DNA from: Azolla caroliniana
Taxonomy: Eukaryota > Plantae > Polypodiophyta
Assembly: GCA_043228905.1 (NCBI GenBank)
Contig: JBHGNT010000006.1
Location: 19,406,001-19,470,000, forward strand
Length of the DNA stretch: 64,000 nt
Direction: 5' to 3'
The notes below the pieces were generated by a model that ran no database searches, was not told where the DNA came from, and saw only the letters and a program-made list of their open reading frames with translations. How positions within the stretch are numbered: position 1 is the first letter of the stretch; the number at the start of each line of letters is the position of its first letter. Positions 51,401-62,800 of this stretch are shown piece after piece. A program made the translations under genes and the position numbers.

Positions 51401-53640
51401 TTCACCTGCCTACTCAAGGTTTGTACCTCTCAGAGAATCACCATTTCTACTACTATACATTTATATCATAAGATTTGCTAGTATGGGCGATATAATACTA
51501 TTTGGGATTTCAACTGACATATTAAGGATGAACAAACAACTTTGTTACACGCACAAGGCCATGTCTGGAGAAGATATAGTAGAAGTTGGCGTAGCAAAAT
51601 GAGCTCAAGGTAGGAGCAAAGCAACAAAACATGGCAAACACTTTCTAGCTCATGATAATGTACATGTATTTGTGATATACAACGGTTTATCAAAATGTCC
51701 AAAGCTCCAATGCTTTGACATATTGGAACCCCAACGGAAGTGCAAGACAATCGATTACTTGCTGGTATCGCCATCCTTCTACTAATTATCAGCCCTCCTT
51801 GGGTTGATGCCATGAGTTTTGTCCTGTGTATGCTGACCTGCCACTGAGTATCCTTTGATCTCTTGACTCTTGTAAAGACAGTTTCTACAAGACAATTATA
51901 GTTACATCTACCTGAAAACTTCACTCAAACACATTCTAGCCCTTGGTAATGCACATGGATTTGTGATATACAAGGGTTTGTTTCAATGGCCAAGATTAGA
52001 TACTTTGACATGTTGGAATCCCAAGAGAGGTGAAAGCACATTCAATTATATGATGTGATTTTCGTCCCTTCTACCCAATTATGGGCCCGCCTTGGGTTGA
52101 TGTTGTGAGTTTTGTCCTCTATATGCTGACCTGCCACTGTATATCTTTTGATCGACTTGTTCCTAGGACAAGGAAGTAAAAGAGCATGAAAAATGTACTC
52201 AGACTTGATATTTATATACCACGGTTCTCTAGGACATTCCATCCTCCCCTCCCACACCCATGTGAATCCACATTTTTTACTTCACAAAAGGTGAAAGAAA
52301 GATATATTAACGTCTTTTAAGAGGTCAAAATGGCCGGTAAGACCAAACAAGAGATTACATCTTAAGTGTTGTCTCGTCTTTGAGAACAAGAAATCAAAAT
52401 AAAGTAAATGTTACGATGTAAACATAAAAATAAATAAGATCAAAAGAGACTAAAGAATCTTGTTATTGGCACATGTAAGATTCTTTATATTGTAAATTTT
52501 ATCTTCAAACGATCTCTAGCATAGCTCGATCCAGAATGGATAGGTCTCAGAAGCGAGGGAAGCGCCCAAGATGGGTGTTGAGATCGTGGTCCATGGGCTT
52601 GGGGCTTGGGGCATACATGCATGAAAAATTGCTATTGCCTGATCTATTGTAACCCAAGATCTGGGGTTACAATTTGGAAAGGCCTAAGATTGTGATGAAT
52701 TGGTAGATGATGTAAAAAAGTAGAAGATAGAACAACAATTTACTGAAATATCTAAATGTAGTATTATAGAAACTAAAAAGAATTATGGGTTTAACATATA
52801 GGAGGGATTAAAGAAAGTAGAAGCAGTTCTGCAAAACAAAAGCCCACCATTGAAGAAAATGTATAAGGTACAAGTGCACGTGCATGCACACGCGCTCGCG
52901 CACACACACACACACAATGTGTATAAATGTTATTCAAGATACATAGGATATGTTCTTAAAAGATGTTACGAGCATGATCATAATTTATCTTGTGGTAGTT
53001 TGTACCATAGTATTCTACTCACAAGAATAAAAGTGTGAAGGTTAACTGAGACTGTAAAGAAGGGAGGATTACTTTCAATCCTAGAGATTGAGACAACCCA
53101 TAAGGCCCAGTGTGAACTTGCCTGGGGGTCCTTAGGTCTGGCTAGAAATATGAGGCCTATATATCTTCATTAACACATTATTCAACTACGTCAAGATTGT
53201 GACCTTGTGGTGAACAGACTCTTGTGGCGAGCGCACGCCAATACCAGGTACGACTTGATGCCATGGCAGTTGTATGGGATGTTGACCAAGGCTCAAGTAC
53301 GTCTCGATCCCTTCACTTGGGGGTGGTTGGGTGGATCGACACCCTTCTTTTTCTTTGATCCTGTTTATTATGTATCATAATTCTTTGTCTTATGCTTACA
53401 TTAGGAATAATCTCTAATAAAAGAGCTTTAAATGATGATAGGACAGCTAAGTCATGGCATCATAAAGACCTATTTAATAGCTCAGTGGGAATATTGGGAA
53501 AATTTGGGAAATCTTCCAAAAGGCGCGACAAATTTTCCATGCTTGCACTAAATGAACCAAGAGGGAGCTGATGAGCCCCAATTGCTAAAAGTCATCAAAG
53601 CTAAATTCTTATCACACATGCCCACACCCACACACGCCCA

Positions 53641-53678
<38 letters not shown>

Positions 53679-56600
53679 CTCTCTCTCTCTCTCTCTCTCT
53701 CTTTATTGTATGTGTTGTGGTGACTTAGTAATTGAAGTGTGGTGAGTGTATTCCTATTAGTACTAGTTTACTTGTTTAATATGCCAGGAATACTTACCAT
53801 TATACTACAATGGTTGCATGTTTAACCTTCCTCTCCCTTTCTTGGAGAGGGCCAACGTCCTCACTTGTAGTTTAACCTAATGCAATCAATCTTGTGCTGG
53901 GCATGATTGATCAAATACTATGCTAAATCTGGGTTTGTTGATGATGCCATACAATGTCTTGAGCAGATGAAAAGGTGCAGTGTTAAACCTAATGTCCAGA
54001 CATACAACAACCTCATCAATGCTTTTGTCAAAGAAGGAAAGATCAATCTTGTGCTGGGCATGATTGATCAAATGAAATGTGATGGAATCCAACCCAATGA
54101 GTACGCCCACAACTTCTTAGTTGAAGGGCTATGTAGCTTGGGCCAACTCGACAAGGCAATAGAGCTTGTCCTAGAATCATCAGCAAATGGTATTGTATAT
54201 AATGTCTTGCTGAAAGGGCTTTGCAAAGTGAGAAAAATAGACGAAGCCTATCAAATCATAGAAGAGATGATCTCTCGGGGTCATAATCCAGATGAGTACA
54301 CATATAATACTCTTGTGGTAGGGGCATGTAAGGTTGGGAAACTTGATTTCGCGCTTGGGTTGCGGATTGAAATGATCAGAAGGAAGGTATCACCCTCAAT
54401 TATCACCTATGGGACACTCATTATGTTCCTCTGTAGGCACAAAAGAGGAGAAGAGGCATACCATTTGTTAGGTGAAATGAAGTCAGAAGGGGTTGTGTTA
54501 ACTGAACAAGGGGTTGTGTTAAAAGAAGGAATACAGATTAGACACGAAAACAAAACACCCACTTATTCAAGGTGGAAGACTAAGCAATGGATATCCTGAA
54601 AGGATGCAACACTTGATCTGGTACAACTTGTAAAGAAGTAGAAGATAGAATAACAGTTTTCTGAAATATCTAAAGGTTGAGATAGAAAGAAAGAAAGATA
54701 TATTAACGTCTTTTAAAAGGCCAAAATGGCCTATAAGACCAAATAAGAGATTACATCTTGAGTGTTGTCTCGTCTTTGAGAACAAATCAAAATAAAATAA
54801 ATATTACATAGTAAATATAAAAGTAAATAAGATGAAAACAGAAGAATGAGGGAATTTGGTTTTTGGCACATGTGAGATTCTCAAGTTAGGTATATTGTAG
54901 CTTTTGTCTTCAAAAGATCTCTAGCATAGGTCGATCCAGAATGGAAATGTCTCCGAATTGAAGGAAGCACCTACAATTGAGAAACTAATAAAATTATGGG
55001 GTTTAACACATAGGAGAGATTAAAAAAAGCAGCAGTTTTATGAAACAAAACCTCACCACTTACGAAAATGTACAAGGTAGGAGTGCACACACACACACCT
55101 CATATGTGTGATATTCAAGATACATAGAATATGCTCTTAGAAGAAGAGCTTCAAAGGCTGATGGGACAGCAAAGTCATGGTCTCATAAATACCTATTTAA
55201 TGCTGAGTGAGGATCTTGTCCAAGGATCCCATTCAATGTACAAAATAATCTTTTAGAAGTTGTAGTACAGTTTTAGAAACAAGACTGTACAACTCTTAAC
55301 AAAAATCAGAAAATAGTGTAAATATATAAAAATGATTTTCTAGTTTAATAGAAGAAATCTAAGGGCCTTTAATCCCAACAGGTAAGCATTTTAGTATGCC
55401 AATTACCTTTTGTGCCTCCTTGCGGACAACTCTTTTATAGGGCTATCTAAAGGTTTCCCTACTACATACCATTGTACCGATCTTGAAGAGCATATATTTG
55501 CCAATTGTGCCATTGGGGGTGGAATTGGAAGGACAATATTTTCCATAGTGCTGTTTTCTATGCAATAAGAGGAGAGATGGCGTTGTCTTCTCAAACAACA
55601 TTTTGTCCTCCTCTGCTACATAGTTGGGATCCTTTTTTCTAGAACTCAAGAGACAAGGAAAGAAGTTGTTAGACAAACATAAAACTACAGCAGGTCACTA
55701 AGAAAGAACCATTGCAACTGTCCTTTGCTCCATCACTCACATGACAAGTCAATCGAGGGCTACACAAGTAGGGTCTTGACCACAATACTTTGGAAGGAGT
55801 TACAATAGATAAGGTAATAGCCATTTGTAATGCATGCAGGCCACATCCATTTCGACCATGACCCTGTTACTCTTGTCATCAGTAGATAAAAAGGTCATTA
55901 TCACCTGGCTCTAAAGTTGCTTCTTTTGCTTCTTTGCTTCGAGGATCTCTCTGCCTTGGATTGGCCCATGTTGGAGATATTTTGGAGGCAAAGTTTCAGT
56001 TCATCTATGTTTAGAATGATAAGTGCTTAGCAAGATTCTTTGGTACCTTAGGCATATGCTGTAGTCCTTCTGATTTAGTTACATTGATTTTGGTTTGTGG
56101 TTCAGTCTCATAGACATTTTGGGTTCTTAAGAGAGGAGTCACATGGCACAAGCATAAATGCACTCTATTCTAGAATAGCCTGGATTGCCCCCATCTAAAC
56201 ATGAACAAAGTGGAAAAGAATAGAGTTATCCAAACTAGTAACATGGATCATCCCCACAACATCTCTCTTTCTAGGAAGATGGCCCACTATAAGACACTTT
56301 TTGCACACATTGGGGTATGGAGTCATCATCAGACCCTCTTATATGGACATACATTTATCGCTTGTGTTACACAGTGTGATAGGGCAGCTGTGAATTTCGT
56401 CACATCAGTTAAGAGATTGAGGTAGACAGATATGCATGAATACCTCTAGAAGAAAGAATCTACCAATTGTTCATTAGGGACTGGAATCTAAAGAACACTA
56501 TGTTTGTCACTGTTACAGTGTTTTTTTATGAAATAAGAGGGTGAACTGTGATACCATTGCCTCTTTAAGCAAGGCTTTGGCCCGCTGCACAAGGTAATGG

Positions 56601-57394
56601 AATATGAGAACCAATGGTGCTTGGGTCTTTTCTTGTTAGAACTCAAGAGATACAGGGAGAAGTCGTTGGACAACAATACAGCCAAACACGCTCATCAACA
56701 AAGAACAATCACAACTTATTTTAGTTCTATCACTCCAACTTATGCTACAAGTCAATCAAGGGTTACACAAATGGGCCCCCAACCGGGACATTGTAAAGGG
56801 GTTACGATAGATCAGGTAATAACATCTGTTGTACACGTAGGCCCTGGCCTCATGGACCACAATCTCACCACTCTTGTCATCGACAGATAAAGACCATTAT
56901 CTCAAACCATCGCAAGTGCGTTCCTCGCTTTTGGGGACCTCTCCATTTTTGATTGACTTATGCTAGAGATCTTTTGAAGAGAAAAAGTACAATATGTATC
57001 TGACTTGAGAATCAATACATGTATAGATGACAAGATTTTTTTACTAATGTCTTAATTCTATTTCTATTTACTTTTTTTCTTAGTTATGTTTATTTTGGTT
57101 CGCTGTTCTCAAAGATAAGACAACATTTTAAGATATAATCTCTTGTTCGGTCTTATAGGCCATTTTGGTCCCTTAAAAGATGTTAATATATCTTTCATTC
57201 TTTCTATGTACCATGTTGCATATATATCACAAATTGCAGTCTAATAGTGATTTAAAGTTTGATCGGAAAAATGAATGTCTTTTTTACAGAAAAACTCGAG
57301 GCATGCACACAGCCAGAAATTGCTACTGGACAAGAAAGAGAAGGCTGATTCAAAATTGAGTAGCCTTAAACAACCATTATTGGAAAAGCAATAG
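37459..57394 (+). CDS. DUF21 (CNNM transmembrane) + CBS-pair protein, CBSDUF1/MGR-like Mg2+ transporter family, 468 aa; join(37459-37487,38928-39094,40498-40574,40657-40740,41179-41292,41410-41496,41574-41645,41714-41781,49685-49772,49864-49937,50020-50350,50937-50983,51134-51197,57290-57394)
   Basis: All introns are GT-AG with compatible phases; total 1407 nt. Motifs MSGLTLGLMSL, HQLLVTLLLCNA, FGEVIPQAIC, GGELTHDETTII, GHSRIPVY, LNEFQKGQSHMAAV and GIITLEDVIEELLQEEIVDETD. First and last exons are inferred from splice signals, frame and a QPLL terminus, so they are less certain than exons 2-12. Confidence 0.9.
37985..38915 (+). repeat. Intron-1 tandem duplication (~140 bp x2, 37985-38240) followed by degenerate ~50-60-bp repeats
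   Basis: ctttccaatgcaggttgaattaagcttctc occurs twice. ttctaatgaatctgagctgtttaa-like motifs recur through 38280-38915. Confidence 0.65.
39157..39993. mobile_element. Two related Mutator/MITE-like remnants in intron 2 (39157-39660, 39801-39993)
   Basis: Shared left end ggataat.t.gaaagta..cctcgta.tttg.gaaa.ata.cacaa.a.accctg, with short complementary right ends (cattatttccc, aacattatccct). Confidence 0.4.
40291..40352. repeat. Perfect 22-bp inverted repeat (hairpin) in intron 2
   Basis: gagacatgataaaatgtatatg ... catatacattttatcatgtctc. Confidence 0.9.
42780..44625 (+). mobile_element. Deleted LINE copy (RT fragment + 3' UTR) split by an antisense copy
   Basis: VKQGCPLSPTLFGLYIDE...LLLYTDDIVL. 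The 3' UTR breaks at 43277, resumes at 44341 and ends in (TTTC)n. Confidence 0.8.
43278..44340 (-). mobile_element. 5'-truncated LINE 3' end (C-terminal Cys/His domain, 3' UTR, TTTC tail)
   Basis: Reverse complement aligns with 47490-48435 and 56135-57205. Confidence 0.85.
44650..45130 (+). mobile_element. LINE tail (44650-44810) and AP-endonuclease fragment (44820-45130)
   Basis: Tail matches the other copies. Translation GKHFLALGSAYGFVISNG...LTCWNPKGGASTIDCLI. Confidence 0.65.
45190..47490 (-). mobile_element. Decayed 5' half of a Ty1/copia element in intron 8 (partial LTR, PBS, gag, protease, integrase)
   Basis: GCTCTGATACTA at 47121-47132 (iMet PBS complement), WIVDSGASFQIT, ELWHKR, CNECQYGKQ, VERYNR and RNKLDAK. 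Confidence 0.85.
47490..48435 (+). mobile_element. 5'-truncated LINE 3' end, terminating at a (TA)n microsatellite (48438-48476)
   Basis: EIEVGRYTQIPLEERIYQLS...EEHYVCH..YEIRGRY plus the conserved 3' UTR. Confidence 0.85.
51340..52060 (+). mobile_element. LINE AP-endonuclease fragments, partly duplicated
   Basis: ELYVVICYSP...MGDIILFG/DFN. ctttgacat.ttggaa.ccca segments are similar to 44985-45030. Confidence 0.6.
52293..52655 (-). mobile_element. LINE 3' UTR fragment
   Basis: gaaagaaagatatattaacgtcttttaagaggtcaaaatggcc... matches 43285 onward. Confidence 0.8.
52711..53616 (-). repeat. LTR-like repeat, copy 1 (carries an insertion at ~52965-53418)
   Basis: Collinear with 54629-55215. TGTAAA terminus and a minus-strand TATTAAATAGG. 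Confidence 0.5.
53907..54599 (+). pseudogene. P-class pentatricopeptide repeat (PPR) coding segment, ~5 motifs, intronless, 5'-truncated, nested in the last CNNM intron (first ATG at 53967)
   Basis: Open 230-codon frame with PNVQTYNNLINAFVKEG, VYNVLLKGLCKVRKIDEA, PDEYTYNTLVVGACKVG and PSIITYGTLIMFLC. An in-frame TGA lies just upstream. No transit peptide. Confidence 0.75.
54629..55215 (-). repeat. LTR-like repeat, copy 2, interrupted by a minus-strand LINE tail (54683-54975)
   Basis: Collinear with 52711-53490. Adjacent GATCTGGTACAA (54615-54626) matches the iMet PBS complement GCTCTGATACCA at 9 of 12 positions. Confidence 0.5.
55630..57205 (+). mobile_element. Two tandem LINE 3' ends (diverged copy 55630-56130; better-preserved copy 56135-57205)
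   Basis: MEYENQWCLGLFLLELKRYREK and the same 3' UTR and TTTC tail as the other copies. Confidence 0.8.
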
Positions 57395-58349
57395 GTACTC
57401 AGAGCTGTAAATAACGACTGATACTGATGAATTACTGCATCAACAATGAACTGCAGAATTTTGGCGTAGAAACTTGGATAGAAGGGTGTTTTCCTAGATG
57501 TGTCTACCTCGTGCACAGTTCGGGGAACTTAGAGAGACACTATTCTAGCAAGTGTTGAGTTCAGTTTTTTTGCAAGTATCGTTTCAGAACAATTTGTATG
57601 TTGTCAATGAGATGATGTATATGGCCAACAAGACTCATGGGAACCTGTGGAGCATTCTCCCTAATTCTACCGTCATAACTGTATTGACCTCAGCAAATTT
57701 ATTTGACGCCCACAAACAACTGAATAAGTGCACACCTGCTCGTCTATGAGATGGATGGCTGTTTGTTTGGATGATGCCCCCTTAAGGATGACATTCTAAT
57801 ATTTATGTGATTCTTTTCCTTTTGCGTGTAATGAGTATTGTATCTGGCTTAGTCATGTCGTGTAGGTGACATATGCTCTTTTTTCCTCATGCTTATTCAT
57901 GTTGTATTAAGCTAGACATGCTCCTCTGTTATTGAGTGTCCTATCAGCCTCCAATCCATAACCCAAATTTATGGGTACTGATGGGTGGAAATTTATAAAG
58001 CCATGCATAGGTACCTATCAGACATGAAATTGGTGTCAGCCACTGCAGTACGAGTTTGTACATACTTTCCTTTTTCGAATGTCAACTTTTTATCATTGTT
58101 GTTGCTAGTTGCATGTTCAAGGATATAATGGAAACCACTGTGTGGTTGAATACATGCTTATGTGAACTTCCATTTATTAAGACATGCATACATGTGCATA
58201 GACACAAAGATTAGCATGATATGGGCGGCACGAGCTATGTAGATTAAAGTTGTAATGTGGTGAGATTTTCTCCGTTAGTCTGAAATATTCAGTCAATAGT
58301 GATGGTGATTGCAGTTAACGGAATGATCGTTCCTAGCATTATTTGTTAA

Positions 58350-59842
58350 ATAATATTGTAATTTGTAGCATCGAATTAGATATTCAAACAGTTGCACCAT
58401 TTCAGATCTTGGCAGTTACACCGTTTCAGATCTCGTCGGTTTATCTTGTACAGCTGATATGTATAAGAATCAATATCCAGGGAGTTAGAATGAGAGAAGA
58501 ATCAATTGACGAACATATATTTGGATAACAAATTGTTTGCAAGTCTATGAGCTCGACAGTGGTGAATATCTTGGACGTTTTTCTTAGAGGAAACGCATTA
58601 GCGACCACGACGAACAATTTTCATTGGCGAATGGGAGTGAACCTGGACCTAAATATCTAGCCAAGGACAAGGATCGACATTCAATTACAACCTGAGGGGA
58701 GACGAGGAGAGAAGGTTGAAGCAATAACACAACCGCCACGAGACAGACACATTAGAACAAGTAAAAAGAATCAAAACATTTGAGTGGAGGAGCAATGGGG
58801 GTATAACCCAAGAAACCTCAAGAAATTCGTTCCAGGAAGTCAATAGTTTGTTGCCATTGAAAATTCTCCACGTTGAGTAAACCGAACTCCCCCAACGGAA
58901 GGAGGGAGCAAACGAATCAAGTGGCAGGAGGAACCTCGAGCAAAGGGTGTAGGAGATTGCATAGATTAGCGGACACTTATCCGAGGAAGAGGCCGACGGT
59001 TCGATCGAAAAATCAGACGAAGAGAGAGAGAGAGAGAGGAGACTGATGAGGAAGAACCTGACAAAAAGAAAGTACGAAGAGGAGGTGAGCTGAAAGGCCA
59101 CAACAGCAGCAGTTCAAAGTTTCTGAGTGTGGACGATAGATATGCCAATCACATACCCTGAAGTCTACCCAAGTAATGATCCTAATATCCATGTGCATAA
59201 CTTCTTAAGCACATGGAGTGCGAAATTTTGAAGTCAAACGCTGGCAGAAGCCGCAAAACGCCAACTAAAAAATCTCGAACTTTCCGTCGATCCTTGAGAA
59301 AGGAAGCAACGGAGGTTTCAATCATATGATTGATAACCACTTCCCCTCGATTCGATTCGATTCGAAGACGTCAACATTGCATTCCTAAAACATTTTCGAT
59401 CCAAAGGAGAGGGATTCACCTCATGTCCTGAACAAGCTTTATGCATTGTCACAAGAGGTCTGCCAAGTCGGTAGCAAACTTCGCATTAAAGTTTGGCCCC
59501 ACATTCAAAAGACTAGAAGTGGCATATAGACCTCCCACATATTCGTGAGAGCACTATGAAGGGTATTTGTAGTAACCTAGGAGGCCTAGATCTAGCAAGT
59601 GCCTCACTCAACGAGATCATTGAGAATGAAGGGAGGATTGAGTATGCTTAATTGCCTTGAGGTTGTGGACCGGAGAAAAGGTTGCGAGATAAGAGGATGT
59701 CTCCGAGAGGGATTCGGATGACGAAGATCGTCGAAGTTGCCCTATGAGCGACTCGATGAACCAACAATTAATGTAGTCAAGGTGAGAGCACGAGGGAGAC
59801 CTCGGAAGATATCTATCTTCCGAAGAATGGAAGGAGCAAAAG
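58350..59842 (+). mobile_element. Decayed Ty3/gypsy 5' region with a gag remnant
   Basis: Possible LTR end GGATAACA near 58530. Gag-like SNDPNIHVHNFLSTW near 59170-59220. Frames are broken. Confidence 0.4.
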
Positions 59843-62800
59843 TGTTGGGAATCGTTGCTTCGATTCACCTTCACCGCTCGGCCACAACCGAGTAATCGCG
59901 AATCAATGCAGCAGAAAATAGGAACCAAAGAGAGAAACACACGAATACACAGGGATTAACGTGGAAAACCCTAGATGGGAAAAACCACGGGAGTACAAGA
60001 CTCCAAACCAACACTATACAAAGAGAAGTATACAATGGCGAGCTGCAAGGCGACGACCTTGAGATCGCTGTCCTCGCCACAGGCGGCGGAAATACACAGA
60101 GGCGTCGTCCTCTTCCTCTCTCGCGCTCTATCTCTCTCTCTCTCTCTCTCACGGCTGCTCCCTCGTCACTCCTCTTGAGTGGAAAAACAGAAAAATGATC
60201 AGCAGCACTAAAACAGTTTGCCCTAAGTCATATTTATACATATATGACTTTGGGGCTATTTACAACTATAGCCTCAGGGGCCCATAGCAGACATATTCAC
60301 GGATATGTCCCTGCATTCGGATCGCTCTCCGGGTACATTCGTCATCCGGCTCCGAAGTCGGGGTCTTCATCATCCGGTTCCGAAACCGAAACCGGGCTTG
60401 TCGGCATTCATCTCCGACATCCGACCATCCCATCCGAAGGGACCGTAATCCCAACAAACTCCCCCTTCACTTCGGCATGGGATGTCTTTCCAATCCGATC
60501 CTCTTCCGGCATGCTTCCAGCTTGTCGGGTGTGAGCACCTTGGTCAGCATATCCGACCCGTTCTCGTCCCTGTGGATCTTTGTCAGCACGAACTCCTTGT
60601 CTTCTATCCTTTCCCGGATCCAGTGATATCTTCGCTGGATGTGCTTCGTCCGGGAGTGATAGGCCGCGTTCTTCGCAAGGTGGATTGCACTCTGACTGTC
60701 GCAGTAGAGTCGGTACTCCTCCTGCCGGATACCGAGCTCTCTAATGAAGTCCTTCATCCATATTATTTCCTTGCCGGCTTCAACAGCTGCCATGTACTCC
60801 ACCTCCGTGGTTGACAACGCAACCGTCTTCTGCAGCCTCGACTGCCACGAAACAGCTCCCCCTGCATACGTCATCACATACCCTGATGTGGACCGGCTGG
60901 TATCTGCATCAGCCGACATATCCGAATCGGTGAAGCCGTCGAGTTCGGGCTTACCGGAGCCGAATCGGAGGCACACGTTTGCCGTGCCCTTCAGGTATCG
61001 GAGTATCCACTTGGCCGCGTTCCAATGCTCTTTGCCGGGATTGCTCATGTACCGGCTCACCACTCCGACTGCATATCCTATGTCCGGTCTCGTACACACC
61101 ATGGCGTACATCAAGCTCCCGACGGCTGAGGCATACGGCACTTTCATCATATCCTCCTTTTCAGCCTTTGTCTTGGGACTTTGCTTGCTGGACAGCTTGC
61201 AGTTTGCCGGGAGGGTCGATCCGACCGGTCTTGCTTCCGACATGTTGAACCGGTGAAGCACCTTCGTCACGTACTTCTCCTGTGACAGCCACAACTGCTT
61301 CTTCTTCCGGTCCCGGATGATGTGCATCCCTAGTATTTGCCTCGCCGGACCCAGGTCCTTCATTGAGAAGGTTCGGTGAAGAGCCTTCTTCAGCATCCGT
61401 ATCTTGACCTGGTCCCGTCCGACGATCAACATGTCGTCCACGTACAGGAGGAGTATTAGAAAGTCTCCTCCTTCGAACTTCTTCACAAACACGCAGTGGT
61501 CGGACTGCGTTTTGAGGTACCCTTCGTCGGTCATGAAGGAGTCGAACTTCCGGTACCATTGCCGAGGAGCCTGCTTCAGTCCGTAAAGGCTCTTCTTCAA
61601 TCGGCATACCAGGTGCTCCTTCCCTTTCTTCTCGAATCCTTCCGGTTGCTGCATGTAGATCTCTTCATCGAGGTCACCGTGAAGGAATGCCGTCTTCACG
61701 TCCATCTGTTCTACCTCGAGGTCCATGCTTGCCGCTATGCTCAGCACCGTCCGGATGGAGGTCATCTTCACTACCGGGGCAAATATCTCGTCGAAGTCGA
61801 CGCCCTTCTTCTGCTGAAACCCCTTCACCACGATCCTGGCTTTGTATCTCGGGGGGTTTCCGGCATCTCCCGGTTTCAGCTTGAACACCCACTTGTTTCG
61901 AAGTGCCCGCTTTCCTTTCGGCAACTCCACAAGTTCATATGTGTGGTTCTCATGCAGGGAATCCATCTCGTCCTGCATGGCACTCAACCACCTGCGGCTC
62001 TGGGTGTCATGTTTTGCTTCCTCAAAGCTCTCCGGCTCCCCCTCGTCGGTTAGCAGCACGTGCTCTGGTTCCGGAAATCTCCGGGGGGCCCTTCTCTCTC
62101 TTAGAGGATATCTCCGTTCCGGAGCTTCGGTAACCGGTTCTTCCGATTCTTCTTCATCCGAATCCATTTCGGGATCGGGGCCGGTTCCGGTATCATTTTC
62201 ATCTTCTTCGGCCGGTTCTGTTTCTTCACCGTCTTCGGCCGGATCCTCGAGTGCTAATCGGTCCCTTGCCGGTCGGGACTGCTCCTCGTAGAGTTGATCC
62301 TCACCGGTCGACTTGGAGCTCTTCATCTTCTTCTCCGACTCCCAGTCGGCGAGTGTCTTGTCCTCCATGAAGATGATGTCTCGACTCCTGAATATCTTCT
62401 TGTCGACCGGGTCCCATACTCGGTAGCCGAACTCGTCGTCGCCGTAACCGAGGAATATGCATGGCCGGGTCTTTGGATCTAGCTTTCCTCTCCGGTCCTT
62501 TGCCACATGCACGTATGCGAGACACCCGAACACCTTCAGATGCCGGTAGGACACTTCCTTACCGGTCCACACTTTCTGCGGCGTGTCTCCGTCCAAAGGT
62601 ACTGAGGGTGATCTGTTTATCACGTATGTCGCCGTCGACATTGCCTCAGCCCAAAACCCCTTGGGTAATTTCGCATGCGCCAGCATACTCCAGACCCTCT
62701 CCATTATGGTCCGGTTCATCCTCTCGGCCAGCCCATTTAGTTCCGGCGTCTTCGGCACAGTAAACTCGAGCCGGATTCCCTTCGAGCGACAGTACTCCTG

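Noticed and set aside
53568-53595. Hammerhead/retrozyme core in the LTR-like repeat
   Set aside because: CTGATGAGC is present, but the GAAA core reads TAAA and no stem I partner was found.
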